This document shows positions 21,833 to 32,288 of a stretch of DNA of 64,000 nt, piece by piece. The position numbers were made by a program, and so were the translations under genes. Source of the stretch: a virus; the IMG/VR virus record IMGVR_UViG_3300045125_000165; one strand, written 5' to 3'. Each line of letters begins with the position of its first letter. Position 1 is the first letter of the stretch. The notes below the pieces were generated by a model. The model did not search any database. It was given only the letters and a program-made list of their open reading frames with translations, and was not told the DNA's origin.

Positions 21833-21906
21833 CGCGGTGTAGAGGAGTGATCGTCCTCGTCTGGCTCATAATCAGAAGATCGTGGGTTTAAATCCCACCA
21901 CCGCCA
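21833..21906 (+). tRNA. tRNA-fMet(CAU), variant initiator
   Basis: Cloverleaf with C1xC72 mismatch, A11-U24, loop CTCATAA and A73; no encoded CCA. Confidence 0.85.
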
Positions 21907-22102
21907 TTAACAAGAGAGAAGGCGATCGCCGTTTATGCGATCGCCTTTAAATTAACAACTTTTTTACCCTTCTTACCCTTCTTCTCAGATTTCTCCATAG
22001 CAGGGGTTTCGTACTTTTCGCCTTTTTCTTCAGGCATTATTTTTGCCTTCAGTTTGGCTTTCATCTTTGGATTCATTTTCATGGTGTTTTCTCGCTCAGT
22101 AA

Positions 22103-22499
22103 CTAATCTAAGTCTAATCCATTTACCCTCGATCGCCCACTATTGCCTCCCCAAAGGAGCCATGCAATCCACCCCGCACTTGGGTTAGAATCGTTCCCCC
22201 AATAACCCCTAGACTCATCACCCTTAGCATCAGCATCATTAGCATGACGAGCGAAGTACGATCGCGATCCTCTTAACCGTATCAGCACTGACGCGACCAT
22301 TGGACAGATCCCTAGCTCTAGCCACACCCGATCCAATGCCTTGCTGCGATGCTTCTTTGATTGATAGTCCACCACGATTGAATTTCTTGCGTAGTTCTAA
22401 CCCCTTTGCGGCGGCTTTGCGGACATCTTCAGGTACAACATAACTGTCAGGCTTGATCGCTTTCCGTAATCGTTCCTTCATTCCCTGCTTTAGTTTCAT
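22103..22499 (-). CDS. conserved phage head-associated protein (GVARARDL..WLLWGG type; frameshifted)
   Basis: GSGVARARDLSNG..TVKR / RSYFARH..GWIAWLLWGG; I recall this motif from phage head and portal regions. Confidence 0.55.
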
Positions 22500-22794
22500 G
22501 GTTAACCTCAGTTCTAATTTTTTCCATATTAGCGATCTCCTGATATATCCAAGCATCCAAGGCGATCGCCACAAATCCTACAGCCAATACAATAAACACA
22601 GGCTCAATGTATTGCCTAGTAAATAGCACCACAACGACACATTCAATGCTTTGGCAGTAAACGCACTTGGTTAACTCTGCAAAAGGTGTATTGAGTAGAA
22701 AATCGCGAATAAAGCGTGTCTTTTTGTACTCGAATAGTAATTGACGTAAGCCAAGTGCGTAGAGCGTGACGAGGGCAAAATCAGGCAACTGCAT
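22447..22794 (-). CDS. DUF1360-like membrane protein (possible holin)
   Basis: Hydrophobic segments and ELTKCVYC. Confidence 0.5.
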   Translation of the reverse strand: MQLPDFALVTLYALGLRQLLFEYKKTRFIRDFLLNTPFAELTKCVYCQSIECVVVVLFTRQYIEPVFIVLAVGFVAIALDAWIYQEIANMEKIRTEVNHETKAGNEGTITESDQA

Positions 22795-23131
22795 AATGCT
22801 TTGCGATCGCCTCAGTAAATACATCCCAATGATCAAAGCTAATATCCTTGACCTTGCGAGTGTTGCCAGTGGCATCGGTTAGTTCGATTGAGATATATGG
22901 TTTGTCGGTTTTGTAACCATGTATTTTGAATTGGCGATCGCTTACCAGTGTAGGAAATACATTGGTTTTCTGAATGTTGGCAATGTGCTTTGATATCTGC
23001 TCAAATTCTCGCAACGTGAGAGGAAGTGAGCCTTGATAGTCGTCAGTAATTAATACGGGTTGCGATGGATCTTTCTCGTTAATTACGATGCTTGGACAGC
23101 ATGAGTTATTGCAGTATGCGATAATTTCCAT
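22781..23131 (-). CDS. hypothetical protein
   Basis: CNNSCCPS..VLITDDYQG. Confidence 0.55.
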   Translation of the reverse strand: MEIIAYCNNSCCPSIVINEKDPSQPVLITDDYQGSLPLTLREFEQISKHIANIQKTNVFPTLVSDRQFKIHGYKTDKPYISIELTDATGNTRKVKDISFDHWDVFTEAIAKHYAVA

Positions 23132-23134
23132 TTA

Positions 23135-23328
23135 TTTTTTGGAGCTTAGATTTTAGTTTGGCGATCGCCTTGGGGTTAAACTTCTTAGCGGTCTTGGCGG
23201 AATCGATGAAATCCTGTTCAGTTGGCGCACCTTCCGAGCCAACTTTACGCATCCTCTCTTTAGAGCCTTTCTCGATGCGTTTTCCGCTTGGCGTTGATGT
23301 TGTAATAGAGTCCTTTGGGTTCAGACAT
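23135..23328 (-). CDS. small basic conserved phage protein (not in the ORF track; frameshifted)
   Basis: MSEPKGLYYNINAKRK|RIEKGSKERMRKVGSEGAPTEQDFIDSAKTAKK. Confidence 0.55.
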
Positions 23329-23452
23329 GGCTTTTTTGGGATAGATTGGCGATCGCCACAATCACCGATTAACGGTGACGTTAACTTTTCTACTCATGGC
23401 AGATAGTCTGTAGCGATCGCTGTTTTATTTTACCTGTTTTGGTAAGTGGGTA

Positions 23453-24178
23453 TTACGAAACCTTAGCCAACTTTCCGTATTTACCTTGCAGATACTTATT
23501 GAGGTATTTCTGCTCATAAATCCCTTCAAGCCAATCGGAGAAAATGCCAAGTTCTGAGCTTGGATAGCAAGCAACAAATACAGGTGTTGAACAGTGAGGG
23601 ATTTTATAAAACGCTTCTTCCTTTGGTGCAGGCAACCCTAACTCTTTGCGATAGTTAGCCCATCGCTTGCCAATGCTGCCATCAAGAAGATCGAACTGGT
23701 CAATCGGATAACCAGCTTTCTCAACTTCCAACAACAGATGGTTACACTTTTCGATGACACACCAATGACCTTTTGGCTTAACCAAGTTTTTGCGAATGTC
23801 TGCCACGCGATCTGAGTAATAGGTGATCGCTTTCTTGGGTTCAGGTTTAACTTGGGTGATTACACCGCGCAAAACACTGTTAGCCCAAATCCGAAAAGGA
23901 ACACTACACCATTGAGCAAAATCAATAGCAATTTCAGGATGCGCCCATGTGCCGCGATTTTCGTTTCTGCCTGACGACTCGTTTACACGGATCAGCTTGT
24001 CTACGGTGATTCCCGTAGACCCCGAAAGACCTTCAAAATAAGCCTTTGAAGATGCAAGCCTCAGATAGTCATTAACTTTCTTCCCTGAAGCCTTAGCCAT
24101 ATCGGTAAGCGAAACATATCCGTCATATTCTTGGGAGACGATCGCACCGTTGTACGAATGTTTGATAATATCAGTCAT
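23453..24178 (-). CDS. KilA-N domain protein
   Basis: YNGAIV..DGYVSLTDMAKASGKKVNDYLRL..GTWAHPEIAIDFAQW. Confidence 0.9.
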   Translation of the reverse strand: MTDIIKHSYNGAIVSQEYDGYVSLTDMAKASGKKVNDYLRLASSKAYFEGLSGSTGITVDKLIRVNESSGRNENRGTWAHPEIAIDFAQWCSVPFRIWANSVLRGVITQVKPEPKKAITYYSDRVADIRKNLVKPKGHWCVIEKCNHLLLEVEKAGYPIDQFDLLDGSIGKRWANYRKELGLPAPKEEAFYKIPHCSTPVFVACYPSSELGIFSDWLEGIYEQKYLNKYLQGKYGKLAKVS

Positions 24179-24342
24179 GGGTTGATCACTGGGTGTTAGT
24201 GGTTGACTACGCGATCGCCTTTCCAAATCCGCGATCGCTATACCAATATTTTACCACTTTCCGAAACTGGCAATAGACGCTACAATAAGCTCACTGAGTG
24301 TATTTTTGCTTTGAATGTAATCAACAATATTGAGGTAAAAGC

Positions 24343-24687
24343 ATGAGCAGATATTTCCAAGAGTGGGATAAATGCGTCAAATCTGCCAACATAACTATTG
24401 ATGTTTTTTGTTTGCCTTCAGTCAGGCTTTTTAACTATTCTCACAATAAATTGCCTCATATTTCTGCAATTTATTTTGTCGTAAACACTGAGCAAAAAAT
24501 TGTTTATATTGGCTCTTCTATTGATTTAAGGCGGCGGTTTCAAAACCACTATTCACAAAAACATTTTTTTTGGGAAAATCAATACACTGTATTTTATTTA
24601 GAATCCGTTTTAACAGGAAAAAACGATCCTGTTGAAGCTGCTTTTATCCGTAAATACAGACCTTTTTATAACCGCAAAATAGCATAA
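24343..24687 (+). CDS. GIY-YIG nuclease
   Basis: AIYFVV...VYIGSS..LRRRF..H..E..YN. Confidence 0.8.
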   Translation: MSRYFQEWDKCVKSANITIDVFCLPSVRLFNYSHNKLPHISAIYFVVNTEQKIVYIGSSIDLRRRFQNHYSQKHFFWENQYTVFYLESVLTGKNDPVEAAFIRKYRPFYNRKIA

Positions 24688-24852
24688 TGCTCCCAACTAA
24701 GCCCCAAACCACGATCCGAGCGCACCAATCAAAACAAAGAAACCGCCCAAAGTACCAAAGGGGCAGTTAACCTTGTTTTAGCAGTTTGATTAAGCGATCG
24801 CACGGTATCGACAAATTTCTGTGCATCCTTTTCAGTCAACATCAAAACAGAA

Positions 24853-25044
24853 TTAAGCTTCAAAAATCTCCGCCCCATCTTCCCCGACGCTAAACTTAAA
24901 CCAGCTTTGCCCATCTACAGTAATCTCGCCAGTAAACTCGCCATTATCAGCAATAAGTTTACGAATTTGCGCGTTGTCAGGCACTTCCAAAGCCTCTCGG
25001 ATCGTCTTTTCAATATCTTCCAAAGCTTGCTTTACCGTTGCCAT
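24853..25044 (-). CDS. small hypothetical protein
   Basis: ATG ORF coupled to the upstream gene. Confidence 0.55.
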   Translation of the reverse strand: MATVKQALEDIEKTIREALEVPDNAQIRKLIADNGEFTGEITVDGQSWFKFSVGEDGAEIFEA

Positions 25045-25582
25045 TTTTCCCTCAGCTTCTTCTTAAGTCTCTGCACTGCATCAGCACCAATCTTACCACC
25101 CGTTCCAGATGTTTTAACCGCCACAGCATCACCTAAACCCATCACAGGCGCGATCGCCCCGACAGTTGTAGCGATCGCGCCATAGGCTAAATCACCAATG
25201 AATTGCTTCTCTAATTGGCGTTGGAATTTAGGCGATTTGAGATCAGAAATAAACTCAGCACCAGCATCTTTAGCAACCTTCATTAATGATTCGCCATTAG
25301 CTAAAGCTGTCTTCACCTTTTCCGATGTAGCGCGACTATAAGCTTTTTTGCCAACAGTAATCGCCGCCCTAGTAGTTGCAGAGGCAAGTGAACCAACGAC
25401 AGCACCACCGATCGCACCGCCAGCGACACCAGCCGCCACGACTGCTCCCTCGGTAGCGATTTTGGCTTTGTTGTTTTTGGCGATCGCCACACCTTTCTTT
25501 GCAAACCTCCCGATCCGTCCCTTGGATGCAGATTAGAAGCAAAAGCCTGCAATTTTGATTTTGCGGATTTAGATATTTGCAT
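25032..25582 (-). CDS. Ala/Gly-rich protein with an N-terminal NLHPR..G.F motif (frameshifted)
   Basis: MQISKSAKSKLQAFASNLHPRDGSG|RFAKKG joins ORF 25032-25490. Confidence 0.55.
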
Positions 25583-25585
25583 GGC

Positions 25586-25963
25586 TTACCCCAATGGCGT
25601 TTGATTGTTGCCCGAATCCATGCGAATCAAAATCCCTGTATAAGCATACAAAGCCTTATAGATCGCCGCCATATTCCGTTGCCATCGGAACGAATAACCA
25701 TCCTTATCGATTGGGCTTCTATCTAAATCAAAATTTGAATATTCAGCTAAAATGGCTGACACTCTGGTACTGCTGACAACATCCGTATCTAGTTGCGCGA
25801 TCGCCAACTCCAGTCTTTGCCTAATTGAATTATTCCCACCCGTAGGCAATGGGAACCCAGTGGGATAGCCTGTATTATCACCAGCAATTACCACATCCCC
25901 AGATGGCGGTACTTCGTAAATCTCTCTAAGTATTCCTTTCTCTGTATCTGTTAGCAGTGCCAT
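25586..25963 (-). CDS. putative virion head-completion protein
   Basis: First gene after late-leader motif F; function by context only. Confidence 0.45.
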   Translation of the reverse strand: MALLTDTEKGILREIYEVPPSGDVVIAGDNTGYPTGFPLPTGGNNSIRQRLELAIAQLDTDVVSSTRVSAILAEYSNFDLDRSPIDKDGYSFRWQRNMAAIYKALYAYTGILIRMDSGNNQTPLG

Positions 25964-25985
25964 ATCGCGATCGCCTTAATTGCAA

Positions 25986-26028
25986 CCCCACGAAAGGCAC
26001 TCCACAAAGGGACATCTTCATTTTAGCA
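25986..26028 (-). promoter_or_regulatory. late-gene leader motif copy F
   Basis: TG-C-TAAAAT, TCC/GGA hairpin, GAGTGCCTTTCGTGGGG. Confidence 0.8.
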
Positions 26029-27132
26029 TCAACGCCAATACCAACCCTGACCATAATCGCAGCCCAGATCTTGCCATATCTTGAGTTGAGTTTCTGTTTC
26101 GATGCACTCCGCGATCGCTTCTAGCCCCAGTCCATGCAGAATATTAATAAACTCAGCCATGACTAACTGAGTAGAGCGATCGCCTAAATGTTGGCTGAAC
26201 CAACCATCAATTTTGATTTTGAAAAATCCAGTGTGCAGATGGCCCAGCATTTGCAATAGCTGAATCAATGAGCTATGCCCTTGCCCGAAATCATCAAGTA
26301 AAACGCCATAGCCAAATAACTGCAACTTCTCAAGATAGGCAGAATCAAACGGTTTTCTCTCTGTGATTTCAAGATAAATTCGGGCGCGATCGCTAACCCA
26401 TCCAATCTCGGATAGTAACCCAAAGAACGTAGATGATTGCAGAGACAATGGCGAGATATTGACAGACACCCATGTATCGCGCCTACGAGCTTCTAACACG
26501 CCTTGCCTTACTACAAAAGAGCAGATCTGCGCCATTAAGCTCGGTTCTTCTTCACATGCTGGTATCCATTCCAAAGGAGCAATCCTACCCGTTGCGGATG
26601 CTGCCATCGGATTAGCCCTTCATGCCCTGCGATCGCGCCACTTTTCAAGCAAACAATCGGTTCATATTCTAAATAAAATTCTTTTTGTTGTAGCGCCAAT
26701 AAGATATCTGTTTTTAGCTCTGGCGTGAGTTTTAGATTGGCAACTTCTCGTAATTTTAGAAGCTCTGTAATGTCAACCGATTGGCTTAACAAAAACTGCA
26801 AAGCCCCATCGGGGTTGCGGATTGCAGCAACCATTTCATAGGCAGAGCATATATTCTGGTCTTTGCGGATATACCTTTTGTGTACCGAGAATTGATGGCG
26901 ATCGCCTCGTCGCAATATCAAATATCAATGCTGATTCTTGAAGTAAGTCTTCTGGATGTGTCAAATCTTGCCATCGGTAATTACAAAGCTCTTCTTCGGT
27001 ATAGCAAAGTGATTCGCACAATGAATTGTTGACCATTACAAACTTACCAGTAGTGGATACAATCGCAATCCCTATAGGTGAATTGATAAAAGTTTTCTTC
27101 CAGAGTTCACCTAAACGGTGTAGAGAGTTCAT
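26029..27132 (-). CDS. PAS-EAL c-di-GMP phosphodiesterase (2 frameshifts)
   Basis: PAS (SPIGIAIV..WQDLTHPED); EAL: YEP, EGLIRW, VSVNIS, LEITE, DDFG, KID, AECIET, GQG. Confidence 0.88.
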
Positions 27133-27194
27133 ATCTAGGTGAGAATAGAGTACACTAACGGAGGTTAAGATTGAGAGAAAACTAAGAGTAAATC

Positions 27195-27386
27195 ATGACT
27201 CAAAACTTTAAAAGCAATGACGATCTCGCAAAAGAACGGCGATACAAGATTGAAAAACAAGGAGCAAATCACCGTGCATTCACTCGTATCTACAATTACC
27301 CCAAAAACAACCCGTATCGTCCAGAATCGATAGAACATACATGGTTCGAGATTGGATACACAGCAGAAGAATTAATAAGCGGATAA
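27195..27386 (+). CDS. hypothetical protein
   Basis: 63-aa ATG ORF. Confidence 0.5.
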   Translation: MTQNFKSNDDLAKERRYKIEKQGANHRAFTRIYNYPKNNPYRPESIEHTWFEIGYTAEELISG

Positions 27387-27438
27387 TTCATGCAGCCACT
27401 ATTCCGTTTAGGCGACATCAGCGCAATATGCTTTGATT

Positions 27439-27965
27439 TTAACCGTTTTGCCGTTCTTTCATTTTTAATACTGTGAATATATCTTTTAATGTCGATTGAA
27501 CGGTTAGTAGATTCTCATTAATCCTTGCTAGTTCGTCTTTAATTGCAGCAATTTCTGCTTTTTGATCATAGACTACATCCCATAGTTGCTTGTTGTCATC
27601 CAAATGTTTTGCGACAAAAGTTCTAGATACTTCTTGAAGTTGATTAGAAGTCCGATCTAAGGTGCTAGCAACGATCTTGGAGTCATCTTTTGCCCGATCA
27701 ATAAAAAACTGAGAGAGCTTTTTTTGCTCTTCCAATTCTTGCTTTTGCTCTTCTAATTTTTGATCTACTTCTTTTTGCCTAGCATCGATCGCGCTATTCC
27801 CAAATCTCTCTAAAAGCTTTGAAACGACCGCCCAACCCCCGCGCTAACAACTAATCCACCCACGACAATACCGCCGCTTTCGGCGATCGCTGATGCCGAA
27901 GTCTTGTTAGGGTTTTCGGCGATCGTGGCTTTAGTTTCGGTAGTGTTTTGGGCAAAAAGTTGCAT
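27439..27965 (-). CDS. membrane-anchored coiled-coil protein (possible lysis accessory; frameshifted)
   Basis: MQLFAQN..GGIVVGGLVVSAGVG|WAVVSKLL transmembrane segment, then a coiled coil. Confidence 0.45.
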
Positions 27966-27967
27966 AA

Positions 27968-28426
27968 CTATTCCTCCAAATCGCTAAGTAGCACTGGTGT
28001 TAACCCATGATCGGCATAGGGCGGCTGATATACCGTAGGTTGCCAATTAGGATCAGGTTCTCCCGCGATTACTTCGGCGATCGCCGCCTCCAAAATAGTA
28101 ATTGTTGCGGGGCTTAATAAGAGGTTGTTATCCTTATCTACAGCCCCAACCAAATTATCAACGTCTAGCGCCACATCTTCTAATTGTCCTTTGCTAATAT
28201 TGGCAAGTAGGGATTCATAAGTTCCCTGTAGTTGATTTTGGATGATACTTCGATCTTTTCTTGCGATCGTTTTTGATGCTTCTGTGAAATTCACGCGCTT
28301 AGGTACTGTCGGTTGGGGTGCTGGGTTTGCGTGCAAGTATGGAGTATTTGCATACTCGACAATTTGTTGATCACTCCATTCAGGATGATCATTGCGAATC
28401 TGTACAATAAATTCTGTTTTGTTCAT
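27968..28426 (-). CDS. putative tail fibre assembly-type protein
   Basis: Follows fibre-like genes; C-terminal EPDPNWQP. Confidence 0.5.
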   Translation of the reverse strand: MNKTEFIVQIRNDHPEWSDQQIVEYANTPYLHANPAPQPTVPKRVNFTEASKTIARKDRSIIQNQLQGTYESLLANISKGQLEDVALDVDNLVGAVDKDNNLLLSPATITILEAAIAEVIAGEPDPNWQPTVYQPPYADHGLTPVLLSDLEE

Positions 28427-28428
28427 AA

Positions 28429-29247
28429 TTACCTCCTAGGTGGTTGTACATAATATGGATGCGTTGATATTAATGGGATTTTCCATCGCCATGCCCAAAT
28501 ACCCTCTATTAATTGCTGTGTATTGGTCGTGATTCCCCCTGCAATAATAGCTATTTCCCCAAATCGACAAACAGCAGGATAGCCAATTGTTGAAGGCGCG
28601 ACAAAAAGCTCAGCAAAAAGAATCCCCGAAAATGCGCTTGAGGGGAAACTCGTATCACTAGCAGTACTTATCAATACCCCATTTTGTGTAATCCTCCATC
28701 CTGTTGAATTTTTCTCGTAAACATGGATTACAGGGGTGTTTGGTATTACAGGAGAGCCATTACCTAGCCACACATCTGCATTAGTACCTCCCCATCCCAA
28801 TCCGTCAGAGGACAAACTCCCTTGGCTAAATACCCCCCATCTAATTCCAGAAGTATTGATAGATTGGTTTGATCCAAGTCCTGCTGCATATCTTCTATTG
28901 CCATCCGTGGCAGGTGTTGTTACCGCCATAAAAGTTATGTCTTGCTGCCCATTCAGCGCTGAGCAGAGAAACGACATAAATTTAGTTCCATCAGAATCAA
29001 CAGATCTATAGCCATTGATTCCCGAATTGTTTAGCGTTGGTTGAAATCCAGTAGTTGCTTGAACTAAATTTACACCGTTGCCACTGACATCATTTATTCC
29101 AGAAACGCCAGTGGCAAGACTGAAGCTCGAAACCCTAGCGGCATCAGGATGTAAGCTCCACCATGCAGCCAAAGAGGATGATGGCAATATATCTAAATCC
29201 CAAAGTCGAGAATTCCCTAATATAATTCGCTTTGTACTAGATCTCAT
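28429..29247 (-). CDS. LamG/ConA-like virion fibre protein
   Basis: LAAWW, NDVSGNGVNLVQAT..QPTL..GING, GEIAI, IEGIWAWRW. Confidence 0.7.
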   Translation of the reverse strand: MRSSTKRIILGNSRLWDLDILPSSSLAAWWSLHPDAARVSSFSLATGVSGINDVSGNGVNLVQATTGFQPTLNNSGINGYRSVDSDGTKFMSFLCSALNGQQDITFMAVTTPATDGNRRYAAGLGSNQSINTSGIRWGVFSQGSLSSDGLGWGGTNADVWLGNGSPVIPNTPVIHVYEKNSTGWRITQNGVLISTASDTSFPSSAFSGILFAELFVAPSTIGYPAVCRFGEIAIIAGGITTNTQQLIEGIWAWRWKIPLISTHPYYVQPPRR

Positions 29248-30330
29248 CTAAGCCTCGATCGCCATCGCGGTAATTGTTGCAGTCTCAGAGTTGGCTGTCG
29301 GAACCCATGTCCCCTCTGTAACTAAATAGCCAAATAACGACGTGCCACTTAGTTTGTAAAGCCTATTAATATTAGGGAGAGCTAGTACCAACGACCCACC
29401 ACCATTAGCACGCGCTGGTGTCCCCAACGAAATACCCGCAGGAGTGAGGATTGAAGCGCGATCGCCACTTGGCACGGAAAAAGCACCGTTGTCCGCAACC
29501 GCGCTGGGAGGTGTGACATTGTAAAGGAACAGTCTTAGATTCCCAATCCCTGATGGTAAATAAGTGATATTCATCAAAAAATGAATATCAGTAAGGAATA
29601 TAAAGCCTCCGTTATTACCAATATTTTGAAGCTCAAACGCTCCAAAAATTACGTCATTTGCGGCATAGGTAGTGGTGTTTGCCGCACGAGTCAACGTTGC
29701 AGAACTTTGGAAGGCATTGGATTTTTGCGTGACAGGTGCTGCAAGGCTGACAGGTTGCGTCACCCCACTGCCATCAACAGACAATCGATTAGAGATAACT
29801 GTCAGTCCTGATGGAAGCTTGGCATTGATTCCTGCGAGATTTCCACCTGATTCGAGCGCCAATAACGAGGTGTTTAAATTTACGCCTGCATTTGCTGTAA
29901 ATGAAGTATTGGTAAAAGTAAGATTTGGTACTGTGCCAATGTTTACCGTAGGAGTTGAAGCAAATGCAGGAAGGAATCCGCTAATACCAAAGCTGCTATT
30001 CGTGATTGCCCCGATCGCATTAGTACCCGCAGGAAGCGCCGTAGTAATCGACACATTAGAAGAAGAATTTACGCTCCCTAAATCCGATGGGTTTGGCGTT
30101 GCGATTACTGTGGCAGTTGTCGCATTGTAATATTCGGGTGGATTTGGCGAAATTTGCCGAAGGATAATAATATCGTTTGTGCTATATCCCGTACCATTGG
30201 CGATCGCCTTGAATATAGCAAGGGGAACAGTGCTACTGCCACCTGATCCAGAAGTCCTTAAAACACCATTACCCGCATCATAGACTTTATCAAGGATATC
30301 TCGCAGTCTTTGGATATTTAATCCTGCCAT
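29248..30330 (-). CDS. putative virion fibre / beta-rich structural protein
   Basis: Thr/Ser/Asn-rich; LPAGTNAIG and TRAANTTTYAANDV motifs. Confidence 0.6.
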   Translation of the reverse strand: MAGLNIQRLRDILDKVYDAGNGVLRTSGSGGSSTVPLAIFKAIANGTGYSTNDIIILRQISPNPPEYYNATTATVIATPNPSDLGSVNSSSNVSITTALPAGTNAIGAITNSSFGISGFLPAFASTPTVNIGTVPNLTFTNTSFTANAGVNLNTSLLALESGGNLAGINAKLPSGLTVISNRLSVDGSGVTQPVSLAAPVTQKSNAFQSSATLTRAANTTTYAANDVIFGAFELQNIGNNGGFIFLTDIHFLMNITYLPSGIGNLRLFLYNVTPPSAVADNGAFSVPSGDRASILTPAGISLGTPARANGGGSLVLALPNINRLYKLSGTSLFGYLVTEGTWVPTANSETATITAMAIEA

Positions 30331-30332
30331 TT

Positions 30333-30713
30333 TTATGCCCCCGTTGTTTCTTCGGAAGTAGTTTCAACATTCGCAGCAGAAAGCGTGATTTGAGTCCGTA
30401 AATCCATCCAGCTAATATCAGGAATTTTGTTAATCAAGTCTGGTAGATCGGCATAAGGTCTAGCTGCAATAATCTTCTTCGCGATCGCCACACCGACATT
30501 TGGTAACGACTGCAACTCTTTGATCGAAGCATTATTGATATCGATAGAGCCAGTTAGCTCAGTTAAATTTGCCAATGGTGAGGCGATCGCTTCCTGTACT
30601 TGATTGGGAGGATTAGTCGAGTACCCTTGGCGCAAATAATCGCCAATATAAGATCCAAAAACTTGTACGGGTTGCCCATCAAGAGAATATAAAATTGCCA
30701 TTGTTTTTACCAA
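30333..30713 (-). CDS. helix-hairpin-helix (ComEA-like) protein
   Basis: IDINNASIKELQSLPNVGVAIAKKII. Confidence 0.8.
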   Translation of the reverse strand: MVKTMAILYSLDGQPVQVFGSYIGDYLRQGYSTNPPNQVQEAIASPLANLTELTGSIDINNASIKELQSLPNVGVAIAKKIIAARPYADLPDLINKIPDISWMDLRTQITLSAANVETTSEETTGA

Positions 30714-30722
30714 AAAAATACT

Positions 30723-30759
30723 AAAAAGGATGGTAGACGCATAATGCGTCTACCATCCT
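30723..30759 (-). terminator. terminator after the capsid gene
   Basis: 16-bp inverted repeat AGGATGGTAGACGCAT/ATGCGTCTACCATCCT followed by a T run. Confidence 0.85.
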
Positions 30760-30767
30760 CAAACCTC

Positions 30768-32095
30768 TTACGCAGTAAGCAATAGACAGCCCTTTCTATG
30801 GTCTGAGAACTTAGCACCAAGGAGACTGTGGTAAGAAACAATCTGGCTCAAGGTTTTGTTGTCGTAAGCACCCTTGATTACAGAAATAGCGATCTTGGTA
30901 ACAGGATCAACTTGAGTTGCGCCAACAGCACCAGAATTAGCTTGAGGTAATGCAATTTCGCGAGAAGAAAGTAATAGCCCTTCCTTGTGAGAGGCAACGT
31001 TAACTGAGCCGATCGCAGGAATACGCAATTTGTCGTTAGCAACAAAGTCAGCAGCAGTCATCAAGATACCCGCAGGGCTATAGGGTACACCAGTGATAAC
31101 AGGTGCAGTTGTACCAGCGCTAGTGATTCGTAGAATTACCAAGTGAGCCTTGGGTACGTTGCCAGAGGAACGGATTTGTGCGATTTGACCAACTGCAACA
31201 CCACCAACACCAACGTTTAAAGCTGTACCAGCAGTAAGAGTGAAGTCAACCGCACCCAAAGCGGTAGTAGCAGATTTAGCGCTATCAAAGAACTTGGAAG
31301 TGTCTTGTGCGATCGAGGCAACGGGAAGCTCACCCTGAACACTTGTAGCCGTATCCATATCTGCAACTGCTTGCTGACCGTTGACGGTATTACAAGCTCC
31401 AGCATTGAATCCGTACACAGGCGCAAAAGTGTTATTCGCTAAGCCGTCAATAATCAGACGACCAGATCCTTCTTGTGCCGCCGCAAAACCAGTAACGCGA
31501 ACTGCATCACCTAAGAATGCGTTCTTCGCAACTGAACTCATAACGATGTAGCGATCGCTTGCAGGAACATTGGCAGTATCAAAAACCTGACCAGCGTTGC
31601 GAACTACTTGGTTGTCAAATGCAACGAAGTTGCCAGTTGCGTCAACGTTTGCCACAATCTGTACAGGAGCATTAGCAAAGTACTGAACTGCGCCGCTAGT
31701 GGCGGGAACTGTGCGGTATTTGCCATACATGTAGGCATCGTTGGGGACTGCAATACCTTTGGCAACTTGATCGCCAGTTTCTACGATGTACTTAGCAACA
31801 GCAGCAGGAGCGTCATGGCTGTAGATAGGAAAACCTTCAGTCCATAGACGTTCGAGAACTACGGTATCCGTTGCGTAGCTACCTTCGGTATAAGTGAATC
31901 CACCGCTATGGGATCAAAATCTTGCGCTAACTTGGTACGAGCAATACGAATTGTGACTTGTTCCCCCTGTTCAAATGAACCATTCTCATAATCGGTTGTG
32001 GCGATTAGAGGGAAGATTGACATTAAATTGAGAGTGGTTAATGCTTTGGCTGCAATACTTTGTTGCAGCAGTGCCGATGTGATAGGCGTAGCCAT
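30768..32095 (-). CDS. major capsid protein, P22-coat-like (frameshifted)
   Basis: About 440 aa when joined; GEQVTIRI, Ala/Gly/Val/Thr-rich body, C-terminal VSYHSLLGAK; next to a scaffold gene. Confidence 0.7.
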
Positions 32096-32120
32096 AGAGA
32101 TGCCAGTTCGCTTTTTTGTT

Positions 32121-32184
32121 CCCCACGAAAGGCACTCTCAAAATTTTGAGCAGCTTGAGACGCACTGCTCTACTAAATATAGCA
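32121..32184 (-). promoter_or_regulatory. late-gene leader motif copy A (capsid)
   Basis: TG-C-TATATT, P1 GAGCAG/CTGCTC, P2 TCTCAA/TTGAGA, then the box. Confidence 0.85.
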
Positions 32185-32288
32185 AATTTATTACCAATTA
32201 CTAAAACTAAAAACAAAAACTAGGTTTTTCAATTACCAAAACTGGTAAAACCTTGTAGGATATAGCTACAGACCTACGTTATAAGTGT

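Noticed and set aside
21347-21891. ORFs overlapping the tRNA region
   Set aside because: They overlap the structured RNAs and have no protein features.
32121-32184. Late leader as a c-di-GMP-I or c-di-GMP-II riboswitch, suggested by the nearby EAL gene
   Set aside because: GAAA, GACGCA and GGCACU occur only on the antisense strand, and the required paired elements (GEMM P2 closure; AGUGCAACC with a kink-turn) are absent.
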